Assembly: GCF_035594765.1 (NCBI RefSeq)
Contig: NC_085841.1
Location: 300,957,402 to 301,021,401, forward strand
From: Anolis carolinensis
Taxonomy: Eukaryota
DNA length: 64,000 nt
Reading direction: 5' to 3'
The notes under the pieces: generated by a model
Told to the model about the DNA's origin: nothing
Seen by the model: only the letters and a program-made list of their open reading frames with translations
Database searches by the model: none
Part shown: one piece after another, positions 36,038 through 50,047 of the stretch
How the letters are laid out: every line of letters starts with the position of its first letter
How positions within the stretch are numbered: the first letter of the stretch is position 1
Made by a program: the position numbers and the translations under genes

Positions 36038-37291
36038 AGCATATGCTGCCTGAGGCAACTACTTTGCTCTGCTTCATAGTAGAATCATTCTACTCTGGCT
36101 GAACTCATTTCACAAAGAAAATCAAACTGGTGCTTGGAGACATAGAAAGTGGAAAGGCAGACTTCCTTTTTTGTTCTGAGAGGTAGACTTTCTTGTTTAC
36201 TCCACCTTCCAAATGAGCTCGTGGAATAAACCCCTTGGCCTCTTCTCTGTCCTCTTTGTTCATTTGAATTTTCTTTTACCTTTCAGTTGTACCAAAAAGT
36301 TGAAAGAAAGAAATACATGGCCCTACATAAAACATAAAGGATTGCAGCCAACATAGGATGGTTGGTTTTTATCCATTGTTGAAGACAAACGATTAATATA
36401 TGAAAAAAGAGGGAAAGCCTGGCATTCTTGATACTTCATAGCTGAAATTTTAGACATGCATTTCATCTGACTTTGTATTAATTATTGATGAACATTTCTG
36501 AAGTGCATCATGTTGATGACATTGTTACATTAAGTATGAGTGGTCTCAAAATGGGGGTGGAAACGGATGTCTCATGTCTCTTTCTATCCATTTCCATTCT
36601 GATTGCCACCTTTGTCCGCATTTTGGAAAATAAAATTGCCTTTCAAAAATGGAGTAAACATATTTAAAATTGTTTGACTGATTGAAAAAGATGAGTGGAA
36701 AGATAAACTGACCCGTTCAGGTTTTCTGCAAGAGTATAATATCCTTAAATGAAGCGCTGTCTCAGTCAGACACTGAAAACATTCTCACCTTATTTAACTC
36801 TCATTTGATTCATCACAGGAATGGATTCCATCTATCTTTCAATCTGCAATTGATGGACAAAATAATTTTTCAGCTAGGGCAGGTAGCTACTGTGGTACAC
36901 TCCATTTGCCATATTGAGAAGAGCTTAGTGCCATCAACTGCAGAGTTAGTTCAGAAATGTTTTCTTTTATAGCTTGACTTCAATGTGAGCATGATGTATG
37001 TTCAAATGTGGCAGATTGGTTGGACAAGAAAGTTGTTGAATACATGTGAAATTGAGCTCCCTTGCAGGTTTCTGTCTTTTTAACGGCCCAGGGAAAAAGT
37101 GACAAGCACTGAAATAGAGATTTTGTCTATTTTTCATGATGATAGGAATGAAAACTGGGCTGAAATGGACAAAAAGAAATTCCATTGAGACATAAGGCAA
37201 GTTTCAAATTTAGGTAAAATAACAATAATGAAGATGACATAATCATAAGGCTTGGTATGTGATACCTGACGTATCGGTTGTACATACAGAT

Positions 37292-37346
37292 GTGGAACGG
37301 ATCTCAGGATTGCTATTGGACCACAAGCTGATCATGAACCAACAGC
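37292..37346 (+). mobile_element. Tiny CR1 ORF2 fragment
   Basis: Decayed ERDL.I..DHKL.M.QQ motif. Confidence 0.5.
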
Positions 37347-38647
37347 AACACAACAAGGCTGAACTTTGGCTTGATTCTGACATGGAGGTTCAGTGCAAAC
37401 TGTAGTTTTCATTCTACAGGTCTTCTTTTGAAAAGCCATGGAAAACTTCAGCTGGGCCACAGTCATGCGGAGGGATATCACTATATACTTGATATACTGT
37501 ATTCTGGTTATTATTGGATATTGTACAACATACTCATTTTACAGTGGTTGCACAGGTTACTAGTTCATGCCTTTTCACAATTGATGGTCCTGGAAATTAC
37601 CTTTAGAGATAGATTGATGAATCTATCAGCATCCATTCCATGTCACGTATATTAATCATAACGTTTCAAGCAATTTCCCCCTTCAGTCTTATTTCCTTTT
37701 TTAAAAAACAAACTATATGAAACATCACATCAATATTGGTATGCACTTCCCCTTAATATAATACATTTGTATAGATGGTCTTTATACACACTCCAGTGCA
37801 CAATTTCTCAGTTGAGAAGGATATTGTCAGATTTAGAGAGGTGCAAAATCAGAAAGGTAATTGTGTTCCAATCTGCCTGTTAGTCTGGAAAATGCAAATC
37901 AGGTAGATTTCACAAATAAAACGTGACACATTTTTTCTCCAACACAACCTTTAAACCTTGTTTTGTTAAAGCTTTGTTTCAGGCTGTGTAAACAACTTTT
38001 CACCTTATATTGCTCTGCTTCAAAAGTACTTTGTATCCTAACAATAAATGCATATCTCTCAGAGAAACAATTGATTTTATTAGTTCAGAAAATGCCTCTA
38101 AGATTGCTTGTGTAGAATGGGCAGTAACATCATACCATCGCTTCATCACCTTTGCTGATCTTAGCTTTCAGGCATTCATTTTTACTCTTTACCATTTTTT
38201 GTTTTAATTATTGCTTCTTGTGGCTGAACTTTATTCTTATTTTATCCAAATCACCTAAAAATCTAAATAAAGAAAGCAAATGTATGGGACCAAACTTTTT
38301 TCGACTTGATATTTTGATTTTTAAATTGGTTTGTAAATAAACAATCATTTTGTTTAATGTGAACTGCCCTAAATGCTGGTTTTGCTGGGCATTTCACTTT
38401 ATAAAGATGAATGAATAGTGCTTGAATTATACTAGAAAGTGATTTATTTGTGGCCTGGTGTTGCAATTTTCAATATGTTTTTTACCCCTGCTTTGGTTTA
38501 GTTATCTCCCCATTTAAAATCATTGGAAGCAAAAAGTATCTAGCTAGAGAGGAGTTTACAGTGTATCTTTTTACCTGACCTATATATGCACTACACTGAG
38601 TTCAATGGGAGTTACTTCCAGGTAAATAATATAGAATTGGAGCCTTA

Positions 38648-38873
38648 AGCTGTATTTACACTGTAAATCTAATGCAGGTTGGCACCAGTTTAACTAGCAT
38701 GGCTCAATCAACGCTATGGAATCCTGGGATTTATAGTTTGATGAGCCACCACCACTCTTTGGCAGAAAAGGCTAAAGACCTTGTAAAACTCTAACTCCCA
38801 AGACTCTGTGTCATTCAGTCATGGCAGTTAAATTGATGTCAAACTGCATTAATTCAACAGTGTAGATGTATTC
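38648..38873. mobile_element. Palindromic MITE, Harbinger-like
   Basis: Colinear with 9747-9964. Confidence 0.8.
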
Positions 38874-39942
38874 TTAGAATACAATCCTAACAGTCAGAGG
38901 TTTTCATGGGCTCTGTGAGTTGGCGTTAAGAAGCCAGCTAAAGTTATATTGAATCCGAATCCCCACTAACCTAGGTATGCTGGCAATTACTTAGGACTAC
39001 TTTCATCCTGGCACTGTGGCTGTGTCCATGGGCTGGAGGAGTCTGGCTCTGGGGAAAAAAATTGCTCTTCCCTACTCTATCTCTCTATGCCTTTAACACA
39101 TCTTCTGTTGGCTCTGTTGGCAGGTATCTGAGGTCAGCCAGGATAAGTGGGTTCTGTTGACAAAACGGTACCATTCTTACCACACCCCCAATTGCTGCAT
39201 CTCTGAATCAGAGTTGCACTGTTCAACTGTACATCGAATCCTATATATACATCTATGAAAGAAATAAATCTTGCTGAACTTAATAGGATTTGCATCTAAA
39301 TAAACATGAATAGGATTGCACTTTTTAATCCTTCTGATGTCTGCACTGTGAAGAGAATTAGGATCAGAAGAAATTGGGGCCCCATTTACACTGCCATATA
39401 ATGCAGTTTGAAGCTGCATTATATGGTCAGTGTAGACTCATATAATGCAGTTTAACTATATTAAATGAGGGACCCATAATTAGCTAAACCAGCCTGGGAC
39501 ATGAATTCCAATTCAATAATCAAAAAGAAAGCAAAGTTTTAATATTGACCAGCATATGAGTTGGAGCATTGCTCCCAATTCTTCAGGTTTAAATTCCCAA
39601 GTTTCGGTAGGAGTAGTCATGCACAAAGTAAGGCAAGATTACAAGAAAGCCAATTTCAAGTGTAGTATAAAATGGCTTCCCTGAACGAAGGAAAGTTGAT
39701 AACAGGAAAATCATGCCTTCTTTTTTCCTTTGCAGTGCAAGGTAGAGATTGACTAGCACATGAAGTATAGAGAAACTGCTTAAAATAGAATGAAATTCAT
39801 TTGAAAAAGGAACTTCTGGCTTTCCCATATCCTTCACTACATCATATTTAATTCACCGTTAACCTCATTTACATTAATAGAACTTCAGTTTAAGCCAGTG
39901 AAGAGCCCTGCACAATTTTGGGTCCGTTTGGAATATCTGGTC

Positions 39943-40006
39943 ATTCCCTGAAAGTTTTCTACAAATTCCCTGAAAGTTTTCTGCAAATTCCCTGAAAGTT
40001 TTCTGC
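39943..40006. repeat. 22-bp minisatellite, about 3 copies
   Basis: ATTCCCTGAAAGTTTTCT(A/G)CAA repeated. Confidence 0.9.
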
Positions 40007-40640
40007 TCTTTCCAGTAGAAGTTGGGACTCCTTTAGGCTAGGCTGGGCAGCTGTTATACTTGGCACTTAAGAGTGCATTGAAGAGTATGAGATTGCCAAC
40101 GTGTTGTTAACTGAGCTCGGCATTCTAAAAAAAATATAAACAAAAACCCTTTTAAAATATTCAGTTAGCCACTTATATTCAACATTTCTCAAAAGAACTG
40201 AGTGTACAGTCCACTGCAATGTAGATCAAGATGAGGTTGTTTTGTTTTGTTTTGTTTTTGCACTTAGTGTGTTGGTTCCTTTTGATCTGAGGTGGAAAGC
40301 ATAGATGCAAATAGCTAGGAAAATTGCTGTATAGGAAGTAGCAGTTTTGGCAGTTGAAACATCAGCACCTAAGAGAGTGTGCGAATTAGTTGCAAAATGC
40401 ACTGCGGACCATTCCCGTACGCTCCAGTGGGTTCAGATCTTTTGCTTTCAGGGAGCCTTTTGCACATCACAACTGATGAGATCTCACACTTTTGTAGCTT
40501 TGAATGCACAGTTCTTTTTTTTCCAATTGCTGGACAACTGTGAAACCCTGATAAAGTCAAGGACCGTCACCAGTGGGGAAGCAAAGTGGTGGGGGAGGCA
40601 ATTCAGGTCATAGAGAAGTGGCTGGTGTCAGTTCACACAA

Positions 40641-40643
<3 letters not shown>

Positions 40644-40681
<38 letters not shown>
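40644..40681. repeat. (TG)n microsatellite
   Basis: Direct reading. Confidence 0.95.
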
Positions 40682-40684
<3 letters not shown>

Positions 40685-40849
40685 ACATTCTCCTTCTCCC
40701 AGCAGCCAGATTTTTCTTTCCACCCATTTTCCCAAGACATTTTCCCTCCCAGAGCTGGATACTGATTGACAGGGAGGCTTTGGGACAAATCACAAGAACA
40801 TGTCTATAGTCTATCCAACATGTTACTTATACATATGTAACCTGGACTT

Positions 40850-41244
40850 GCCCTATGTATTCATGTATAAGTCTAGATATTTTAGTCAAAAGATTGACCG
40901 CCCACCCCCACCCCCCCCAAAAAAACTGGTTTGACATATCCATGGGTCAATGTGAGTACTATACCTTAACTTTCGTCAAAAACCATCTCCTTCTCTAAGT
41001 AGAATGGGAAAAGGCAAGAACTTAGTTTGTCCAGGGGGAATCATGCCATAGTGCCATTTCTGGCCTTTTAAAATGCTTGGGTAGAGACATGTCATGGATG
41101 GTTGGCACCTGAGGCAATATTGGTGCTTTCCCGTCTCTGTGGAATGACCTCAACTTATCTATGGATGATATAGCAATCCATAATTTTGGCCCCCAAACCT
41201 TCCCCCAACTTATATAGGAGGCTGACCTGTACATTAATATACAG
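40850..41244. mobile_element. Old Tc1/mariner-like MITE
   Basis: TTTAGTCAAA...TATCCATGGGTCAATGT.AGTACT...AGTAGAATGG and ATAATTTTGGCCCCCAAA segments recur, fragmented, at 10650-12960. Confidence 0.6.
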
Positions 41245-44200
41245 TATATGCTAGATTCATGTAAAGATCTTTAAAAGAAAGTTAGCCAAAATCTTTCTGC
41301 TGGGAAATCTCTACATATTGTGGAGGATTTTAAGAAATATTTTTGAACTCAGTTCACATATGGCTCTTGACAAGTTTCTTGGGCTTCTCTGTCACTCTGT
41401 ATGAGCTGGTTGTGTGCTTCAGACATCCCGCCCTCCCCAGTAGTTCCATGTGGTTGCGCACTGCAGGACAAGATTGATAGGCAAGCTATTTTTCAGAAGA
41501 GTTGATTTGCCAGCATTAGGTTACCTGGGGGCAGCTAGAGGAGATGAAAAAGATCTAGGGATGCCACAAAAGGAGCCATGAAAGAAATATTGTAAGCATA
41601 ACCCAGCAAATAACTCTTGCCAGCTGCTCTTAACTTGGTTGTTCTGACCCAAAATACACTCTAAATCACTATTAGATTTTGATGTGGTAAAATAAATGTG
41701 AAGTGATTTCCATTGCCTTTGACTGAAGTGATTTTCATTTTCTGTCGATTGAATTAGTCTCAACAGAAGCTATTGTTTTCCATGCCACAGTAAACCACAG
41801 AAAAACTAAAGCACTTTCAATGTTATAGTATCAGATTGAAGCTATTTAAGAGCAATTCTGTTTCAGCACTCAGTATGTTGGATGCAATACTATGTATTGG
41901 AAGTGGACCAACCATGTGTGTATGGTACTGTGTGCCTCAGGTCTCATATAGATTATGTTTAAATTAGCTTTGATTCTTGCAAGAATGTGGGAAATGATGA
42001 TGAAGTTGATGATGATGATGATTTCTTATCAGCAACATATTAAAATACAACATGAATCATTAGTTAAATGCACATAACACATAAACCAGGCAAAACATCA
42101 GTAAAAAGGAACATTAAACATCTATCCATATTAAATCAATGAGTATACAATATAACATTCTGAAAAATCATAATTTAAAAATTTCCATATTAGGGAGTAA
42201 ACCCTACTGAAGGCATAGACTTCCACATAAAACATTTAGTGGATTCCTGGTATCTCTAGGATCCAGTTCTAGGACCTGATGTGGACACTAAAATCTGTGG
42301 ATGCCCAAGTCCCATCCTTCACAAAGGCCTTTGCCATTTCCTTCTCACAAATGGAGAGGAAACATCTAGGCAATACAGTACATTCACATATTTTGGTGAG
42401 TTTTCCATACCAAGCAGAATTGATGTGTGAATTGGGTCCAAGGTGCTCCTCTGGTGAGGTATTTATTTGAATTCGCACTGCCTGCTACCTGTAATTTTGC
42501 AAAGGAAACAGATATTATCTTCCATTTATAATCCTCTTTTACTTTTGCTCATTTTAAAAATCATTTTTATTGCTAGAAGATTTGTTGAGGAGAGAAGACA
42601 GATTTGGTGCTAATAAGAAAAAAAGGAGAAAACTTAGCAACCTTTCTCTTTGTGTACGCACAGAAAGAAGAGGGTAGGGGGAAGAAGTTTGTATTCTCGA
42701 TACATTAATTTTTCTGTGTTAATCCTTAATATTTGATGTACATCAGTTAACAAAGCCTCTGATAAAGAATCTTCTTTTTACATTGTTTTCTTAGACTCAG
42801 CAAGCCTCCTCTTCACTCTCCTCATTCTCCATCTAGTTGGAATTTTTAGAAGCATTAGCACTGGGGAGGATGGTGAAATAGGGGTGCAGAAATACATATT
42901 TCTGTGTTTCAGCAGCATGTCTGCAGCACAAAGTCAGAATATAGCTGAAAAAGATTATATACTCGCCAGAAGCAACTGTGGGTCGTGAAGAGTGCTAGTG
43001 GTCTATTCATGGTGAGTACGGGTTTTTGATCCAGGCAAACAATCCGAGAGTGAAATAGTGTTAAAACTTAAAAGACCATCGATAAAGCAGAATTGGTGAA
43101 AGCACAAACATCCTGACATTGACAGGTTAACATATGTGACAGGACAAAACTGAACTTCCTAATAAATTGTAATTAAGTAGTTTCACTATGAAATCCCCCT
43201 TTGAAATTCCTTTGTTTAAGAAAAGCATTTTTAAAGTCACTGATGGACTATCTTTTCCAAACCATGCCTCCTTTCCATTAGGACAACTGCCTGACACCTC
43301 TATTCTTCTCACAACCTGCTGCTCTTTTTTTACTGGACTGGCTTGCATTGCTTTCCCCATCTCCCAATTCATCAATAAGAAGTGCAGTGTATAGATGTGT
43401 GATGCATTGCTAGACATTAAAGACGTTCTTTCTCTCTCTAATGCACTTAATACATTTGGGTATTTAATTTCAAGCTTGATGTTAAATTTAATAAGTTCAA
43501 TAATTCTTTTAGAAAATGTTCCTGATAAAAAAGCTTTAAGTCGCTATTTAAACAGCTTTCCAGTCTCTTTTTGAAATGTTGTTATGCCTCCGTTTAGCTT
43601 GAGCATTAAAGCTGTAATGGCCTGTGAGACAGTAGCCAACACACTGTGACATTCCCAGTGCTTAATATTCACAGTTCTTTCTTTCTTTTTTTGGGAGTGG
43701 TGGGAGGGAGAATTTGATTTGTAAACAAATGAGTGACTTGTATATTAATGAGAAGTGCTGAACTCAGGAGAGTTTTTCCATCTGACAAGGGTAGTGAATG
43801 TATTGTTAATGGGATGCTCGCTCTTCCTCCCCCCTCCCTTTTGCTTCTTCGAAGCCTGAAATGATCTTTCAAAATCACCCCAGGAATTTCTAAGTCTTCA
43901 ATAAATACAACACTTATTCCTTGGATTGCTGGTTTGTATACAATTCTTCAATATTATTGCACTGAAGATCAGGCCCAGGCATCTGGTGTATGTGGTGGTT
44001 CTTTTGATCTTGCAAGTCATATCCTCAAGCTGTTTTTCATTAAAGGGAGGAGAACAATCTATTTCGCTTTCAAAAATGAAGCACAGCAGTAAAGCCCAAA
44101 TGTTCTATGAAGGAATGCAAGTTGTGAAGATATTACCTCACCCCACCCCCCACCTCTTTATACATAAGAATACCTGACCTATCTGCTCTGAATCTAAGTA

Positions 44201-46868
44201 TTTGTGGGTTGGTCCTACTACAGTGATTTATACAATTTGGAGTGCTGCATGCTTGCTATTTACAAATTAATTTTGTGTCCATGAAGGTTTCACTAGTGCC
44301 ACACACCATTCCCTTAGTACCTTGTTACATAGCTGTCGAAAGTGTCCCATGTTGCTCTGCTTCGCCACGGGGCATGTGGAAGCAGCCGCCCCATGCCCCA
44401 CATCACTGGGTTCCTCCGGTAACTGATCCCATGAGGGGAAGCATGGTGCACACATAGAATGTGCGGCTTCCCCCCATTAATGTCAATGGCGACATGGGAG
44501 CCTCCCGTGTTGCCGTGGTGGCGGTGGCATGCCGGTTCCACACTCACCCACAGAGCTGGCACAATGTCATTTGATGGGAGCTGGCTGGCTCCATAGGTGA
44601 CCAGGGCTAGATTGGGATATGCCATTGATTTTGGCCCATATGATGTGTTCTTAGACATAAGCAGAGGATATGCACCAGTGGAAATAGTGTTTTGGTGCAT
44701 TTCACCAATTTTAAGTATAGATCAAGCTTTAAAGCTATGGACAGCTTATGAAGCTCTGATCATAAGATGTGAGTGAACTTATTCAAAGTATAACTTTTCC
44801 TGAGCATTCCTAGCAATACAATCTATGTTTACAAGAATGGAGACTAGTGGATTTGTTATAAGTTTATTGGAATACTTCCATCACAATCTTGATCCCAAAG
44901 ACAGCTAGCAATGTAGCATTGAAATCAATCATGAAATAATTCAAAATAATACTCTTGAGATAACAAAATTTATAGCAACCTCTCAAAAAGGGTATTAAAC
45001 TAGTGGGGCAATAACAATAATCCTCACTTCTTCCCTTTCATCCCAGTGAAATGCTGATTAAAGTAGACAGGGCCTTGCTGCTTCCTGAAAGGCTGGCACT
45101 GGAAACGTCTTTTTGGGAAGAGCAATCTCCAGTCTAGATGCCCTGTGTGGTACCATTTCTCAAGTGGCAGAGAATACATACGAAGACCACAAATTCTTGG
45201 TCTCAATGTCCAGATACATTTGCATAAAGGAGGCCAGTTCTTAAGGTGGTCCTGGGCTGTAGAGGTTTGAAGGGTATTAAAGATTTTTCTCCAGAAATGA
45301 GGCCAGTGGAATTTAAGCAACACCAGAATTATATTCATTTTTGATACTTTTTGAAGGACATTTCACATTGAGTGTTTTACAACAGTGAGACCAAAGGCGT
45401 AATAGCCAAAGCCTTCTCCAAGAAGTAAGCACACCAGATGATTCTGCTGCAAAATGTATTGGGCTGCTTCTACTATTTGGATGTTGAAAAGTAGCCTGCT
45501 GTCTCGTTGAATACTACATTAGGCTGACTGTTTCATCCTGCCTTTGGCTTCTGCAAGTACATGATAAGTGCCCTTTTCAAATTTTACTTTGTAGCCCACC
45601 CCTACCTGATTTGCAGTCAGGCAGAGTAGTTCCTGAGGGAAGAGTATTTCTTAAGGATGACATTGTTCTTAAGGAGGAGAGATGGGAATCCAGCATTGGT
45701 TATTACAAATCTAATTTAAGAAGCATAAGAACGGAGTCTGGTCATTAACTTTCAGAGCATAATGAGAATGGGCTGGAGGCTGGTATTTTTCTGCTTTATA
45801 GGCACTGTTGCCCCAGTTTCGAGTGTGTGCCCTCTCATTTCTCATTCACCCCATCCCATAAAATATTTTAAGAGCATACACTCCAACTTTCCTGATTTGG
45901 CAGGGATTGTATTGGTCAACCCTCTCATCCCACTTGTTCAGCTGCTTTTAAAATGTTCCAGTCCCATCCCGACCCCCACCACCCAACCCTCCCTCTCCTA
46001 TCCTTTCATGTTGTCCTCAGCTTACTCCAACTGCTGCAAACCGAATTCAAAATGCAAAATAACTGTAGTTTTCAGAGTTAGCTCGGCAGCAGGGAAAGGA
46101 TGGATTGGGTAAGAAACTTATCTGTAGGCTCAAGCAAAAGTAAACCGTTTCAGCTTCTTCTAGTTTTTGCATTCTTCCTCATTTATAACTTGCCATACCA
46201 TCTAAACCAAACACTGATGCTGCTTGGCCACATGTATATTTATTTTTATTTGTAAATGTTGGAGGGTATCTATCAGTAAAGGGAGGAGATATATTTCTTA
46301 TTCTGTCTTCAAGCTTGGTTTGTCTAAATGGGTTGGGGGCACCACTGATGGAAAAATTATAAATGGGAAATATGTGTATATGTGTGTGCTTGCAAAGGGT
46401 CAGATTCGATATTGACTACAGAAAGGAGGAAGCCCATTAAAGAAAGGATACCAATTTAAAACACAGCATGTGTGAAAGGTTGTTGATATTTCAAAGGTAT
46501 CTTCTTTCTGAAAGCAAGAGAAATATCCCAGTTCTGAAAAATATTACAGGGGTCTTCACTGTCTTAGCCTATTACTATAAGAACAACAAAGAGTATTATG
46601 GGGATTTAAAAGTGAGTAAATTGCATTGTGGCATACACTTTTATGAAGAGTAACCCACTTCATTTGATGTATCACCCATAACCTCAGATTATTATACATA
46701 TTTGGGTGTGCTGTGATTGAAATATTGCATTCAGTGCGATCAAAGAGAACTGAAAATGCAGAAAGCGCCATAATAAAAAGTAATCAATAAGCACTATTTT
46801 GATATTTTCTCTTGCTCTCCTTGTCCTAGAAAGAACATGTTGGGGGTAGGAGAAGAAGACACCAATGA

Positions 46869-47075
46869 GACCTGCATTATATACTCAGAGTAGACTCATA
46901 TAACAAAGTTCAATGCAATTAAACTGCAGTATATGAATCTACACTGACCATATAACACAATTTCACACTGCATTATATAGCAGTGTAGATGGGGCCTGAG
47001 GTGCATTATATGGGCCTACATTGACCATCTAACACAATTTTATACCACATTACATAGTAGTGTAGATGGGACCCA
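46869..47075. mobile_element. Tandem or partial Harbinger-like MITEs
   Basis: Two right ends: CAGTGTAGATGGGGCC and AGTGTAGATGGGACCC. Confidence 0.65.
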
Positions 47076-47787
47076 AGGTTCTGAAATATACAATCCAAAT
47101 GGCAATTCACTTCCTTCCTGTCTATATAGGCTGTGACTTTCTTTTGTGAATTTCTATTTCGGAAGTAAGGTGACTATCATGGTAGATATTGTATGTAGGA
47201 ATTTCTCAATTTTTTGATTCCCTGCTTTGGGGAATTTAAATTGCTTTTACTGCCTCAACTTAACAGGCTTTTTTGCCACTGAATATGATTGTCTGAATAT
47301 GTTTGGAACTGACAGTGGAGTCAGTGAAGTGAGGCTTCCCTAACCACAGTTCTGCAGTCAGAAATTGCAATCAGGGGTGATGGACCCGGTCAGAAATGAA
47401 TCTATATGTGTCACTGAACTATCAGCTGTCAGACCAAATTCCAGTCTTTCCATTAACCTATGCAATGCTGAGAATTTGGATATTATTTTTTTCACCCTTA
47501 AAGCAACATTATAAAGCTGGTATGTGCAAGGAAATTTCTTCTTAATCCTTTCCCTCCAAATCCTTTATCTACTATCGCCTATAAAATTAGTTGTACCCAG
47601 ATTAGATATACTAATAAGAGCATTGGATAGAGAGAAGGAAGAAGAAGAAAAGAAAGAAAAAAATTGTATTTTATTTTACATAGTGAAATCATTTTGATTG
47701 TGCTTTAAAGATGTTGAGACGCTGGAATACCTTATTTGCAGGGCTAAAGAAAAACACAAGACAGTCATTTATAGGTTAAATGATCTC

Positions 47788-48044
47788 AGGAGCCCCCAGT
47801 GGCACATTGGTTTAAACTCTTGTGCCAGCAAGACTGCTGACCCAAAGGCCAGCACTTTGAATCTGGGGAGCATGGTGAGCTCCCATCTGTCAGCTCCAGC
47901 TTCCCATGCGGGAACATGAGAGAAGCCTCCCACAGGAGGGTAAAACATCTGTGCGTCCCCTGGGCAACATCCTTGCAGATGGCCAATTCTCCCACACCAG
48001 AAGCAACTTGCAGTTTCTCAAGTCTCTCCTGACATGAAAAAAAA
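47788..48044 (+). mobile_element. Sauria-head SINE with alternative 3' body
   Basis: GGAGCCCCCAGTGGCACATTGG head; ends CTCCTGACATG plus A-run. Confidence 0.9.
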
Positions 48045-49568
48045 CCTCAAACTGCTTTATGTCTTCCTTATTTAAGTGCTTCTTCCCTAGCTTTTTTTAT
48101 TAAAAGAAAAATGGCATAATATAACAGTCCAGTGCAACAATAAAAGGAGACAAGGCTCTATGTGCTGTGGTATTGTCAAAACCTTTCATTCCTTAAAAAG
48201 TCTTTAGTTTCAGCCATTTGCAAAACCCGTCTCTTTAGATTTTAAAGCCATTCCCCTTGAAACTAGAGCTTGGTTTCCTTCTGAGAACATCAGTGTTAAT
48301 AGCTTTTCATTTGATGGTGGTGGACTAGGGAAAACTGCCATTTACAACCGTGATGGACCAAAATGTCTGAAGATATCAGACATTGTTCAACTGTGGATCA
48401 TCCTCTATAGATCTTTGTGGCAGTTAGAGAGGGAGTTGATCTAGTTATATTTTGCAATTTCAGTTGTGCATATTTGCCAGATAATTTGGGTGCCTCTAGT
48501 TTCCTTCTTTCCCATGATGTTCAATAAATATCCTAGTATTTCAAAGGCTTGCTACCTTTTTCTTTGGACATCTACTGAGGTTTTTGTCTTGTTTTCAATA
48601 AACTGTTAGTTACTTTGAGAAATAATATTTCTGGCTCTTAAATTACTCCTTTAAAAATAAGTTTGATCCCTTCTTCATTCTCTGTTAATCATTTTCTCCT
48701 GGTGTCTACGTTTTCATGATGTCTTGCTCTAAATGGCTCAGACAACCCTATGCCCTTATCTTCAAATTATATACTGAAAGAGTCTTTGGGCACTTTAGGG
48801 ACTAAATGATTTATTGTGGCATAAGCTTTCATGGACAAGAGGGTACTTTGATGCATGAAGTGTTGTCCTCTGTAAGTATATCTATACAAAGATACAGGGG
48901 CACAGAGAAAATAAATTGTAAACAATGAGGCCAAAGTAAAATAAAATACATAGATTGGAAACACATATGTGCAAAACCCCAAGGAATTCTATGCAAAGCT
49001 GAAATGAATATGACATGAGAACAGTGTCCATTCACACCTGTTATTGCCATTTGTGTTTGCTTTGCTATGTACTGGGAGAGGAATCAATTAAGTCATTTTT
49101 GAGTTATGGCAACCCAAGCTAAACCTATCATGGGTCAGATTTATGACATAATTCATTTGTTATTCTACCCCCTTTCTTCTGCTCCTTGACAGAGATTTGT
49201 GTCTTACATTATTCAATTATATGTGTAATGAATATCTCAGAAAATAGTAGTAGAATTGTTAGCTGATATGCAGTACATTTCCCACACAATATGGGGCACA
49301 GTCCAATCAGTCTCATAGTTAGTACTGGTGATCCAAGAATTTGGAAGTACCATGTTATAAGTAATAAAACTTCCTTTAATGTTTGACTCTATAATTAGGT
49401 TTCTTCTTAGCTGCAAGCTGAAAAATGTTAAAATTGCCTCTGTGTCTCTGTCTCTATGTACATATGGCATTGAATGTTTGCCTTGTATGTGTACATTTTG
49501 ATCCGCCCTGAGTCCCCTTCGGGGTGAGAAGGGCGGAATATAAATAATGCAAATAAATTAATATATAA

Positions 49569-50047
49569 GGCCCCTTCTACACAACTGTATAAAATCTACA
49601 CTGAACTGGATTATATGGCAGTGTAGACTCAAGATAATCCAGTTCAAATCAGATACTGTGGATTATCCTGCCTTGGCATTCTGGGTTATGTAGGTGTGTG
49701 GAAGGGCCTTGAGTCTACACTGCCATATAATCCAGTTCAAATCAGATAATATGTATTTTATAGGCAGTGTGGGAAAGGCCTGAGTGAAGATGCCCTGAGC
49801 TCCACTGTTGCTGAGTAGGTTGCTAGGAGACAAAGTGGGCGGGGCCTACCCTTCTAACTGGCAGCTAGGAAAAAAAACAGCTTTTCCTGGTCCTCTAATT
49901 TGGACTTCATTTTTCTAGGGTTTTTTTTTTTAATTGAAAGACATATTTTTTAATGACTATGTCTTTTGTGGCCAAATTTGGTGTGATTTGGTTCAGTGGT
50001 TTTGTTGTTTACTCCATAATAAAACGCACATTACATTCTTATATATA
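49569..50047 (-). mobile_element. Non-autonomous Helitron-like fragment carrying a Harbinger-like MITE
   Basis: Reverse complement homologous to 60410-60630; minus-strand start ATATATATAAGAATGTAATGTGCG resembles a Helitron 5' end. Confidence 0.7.

Noticed and set aside
39181-39252. Minus-strand 72-nt symmetric exon candidate (VYIGFDVQLNSATLIQRCSNWGC) with good splice sites
   Set aside because: The acceptor lies within an old palindromic repeat (AATCCTAT...ATAGGATT, related to ~38575-38645) and the peptide is not recognised.
39736-39741. Possible 6-nt microexon after a strong pyrimidine tract
   Set aside because: The donor GTAGAG is weak and there is no host gene context.
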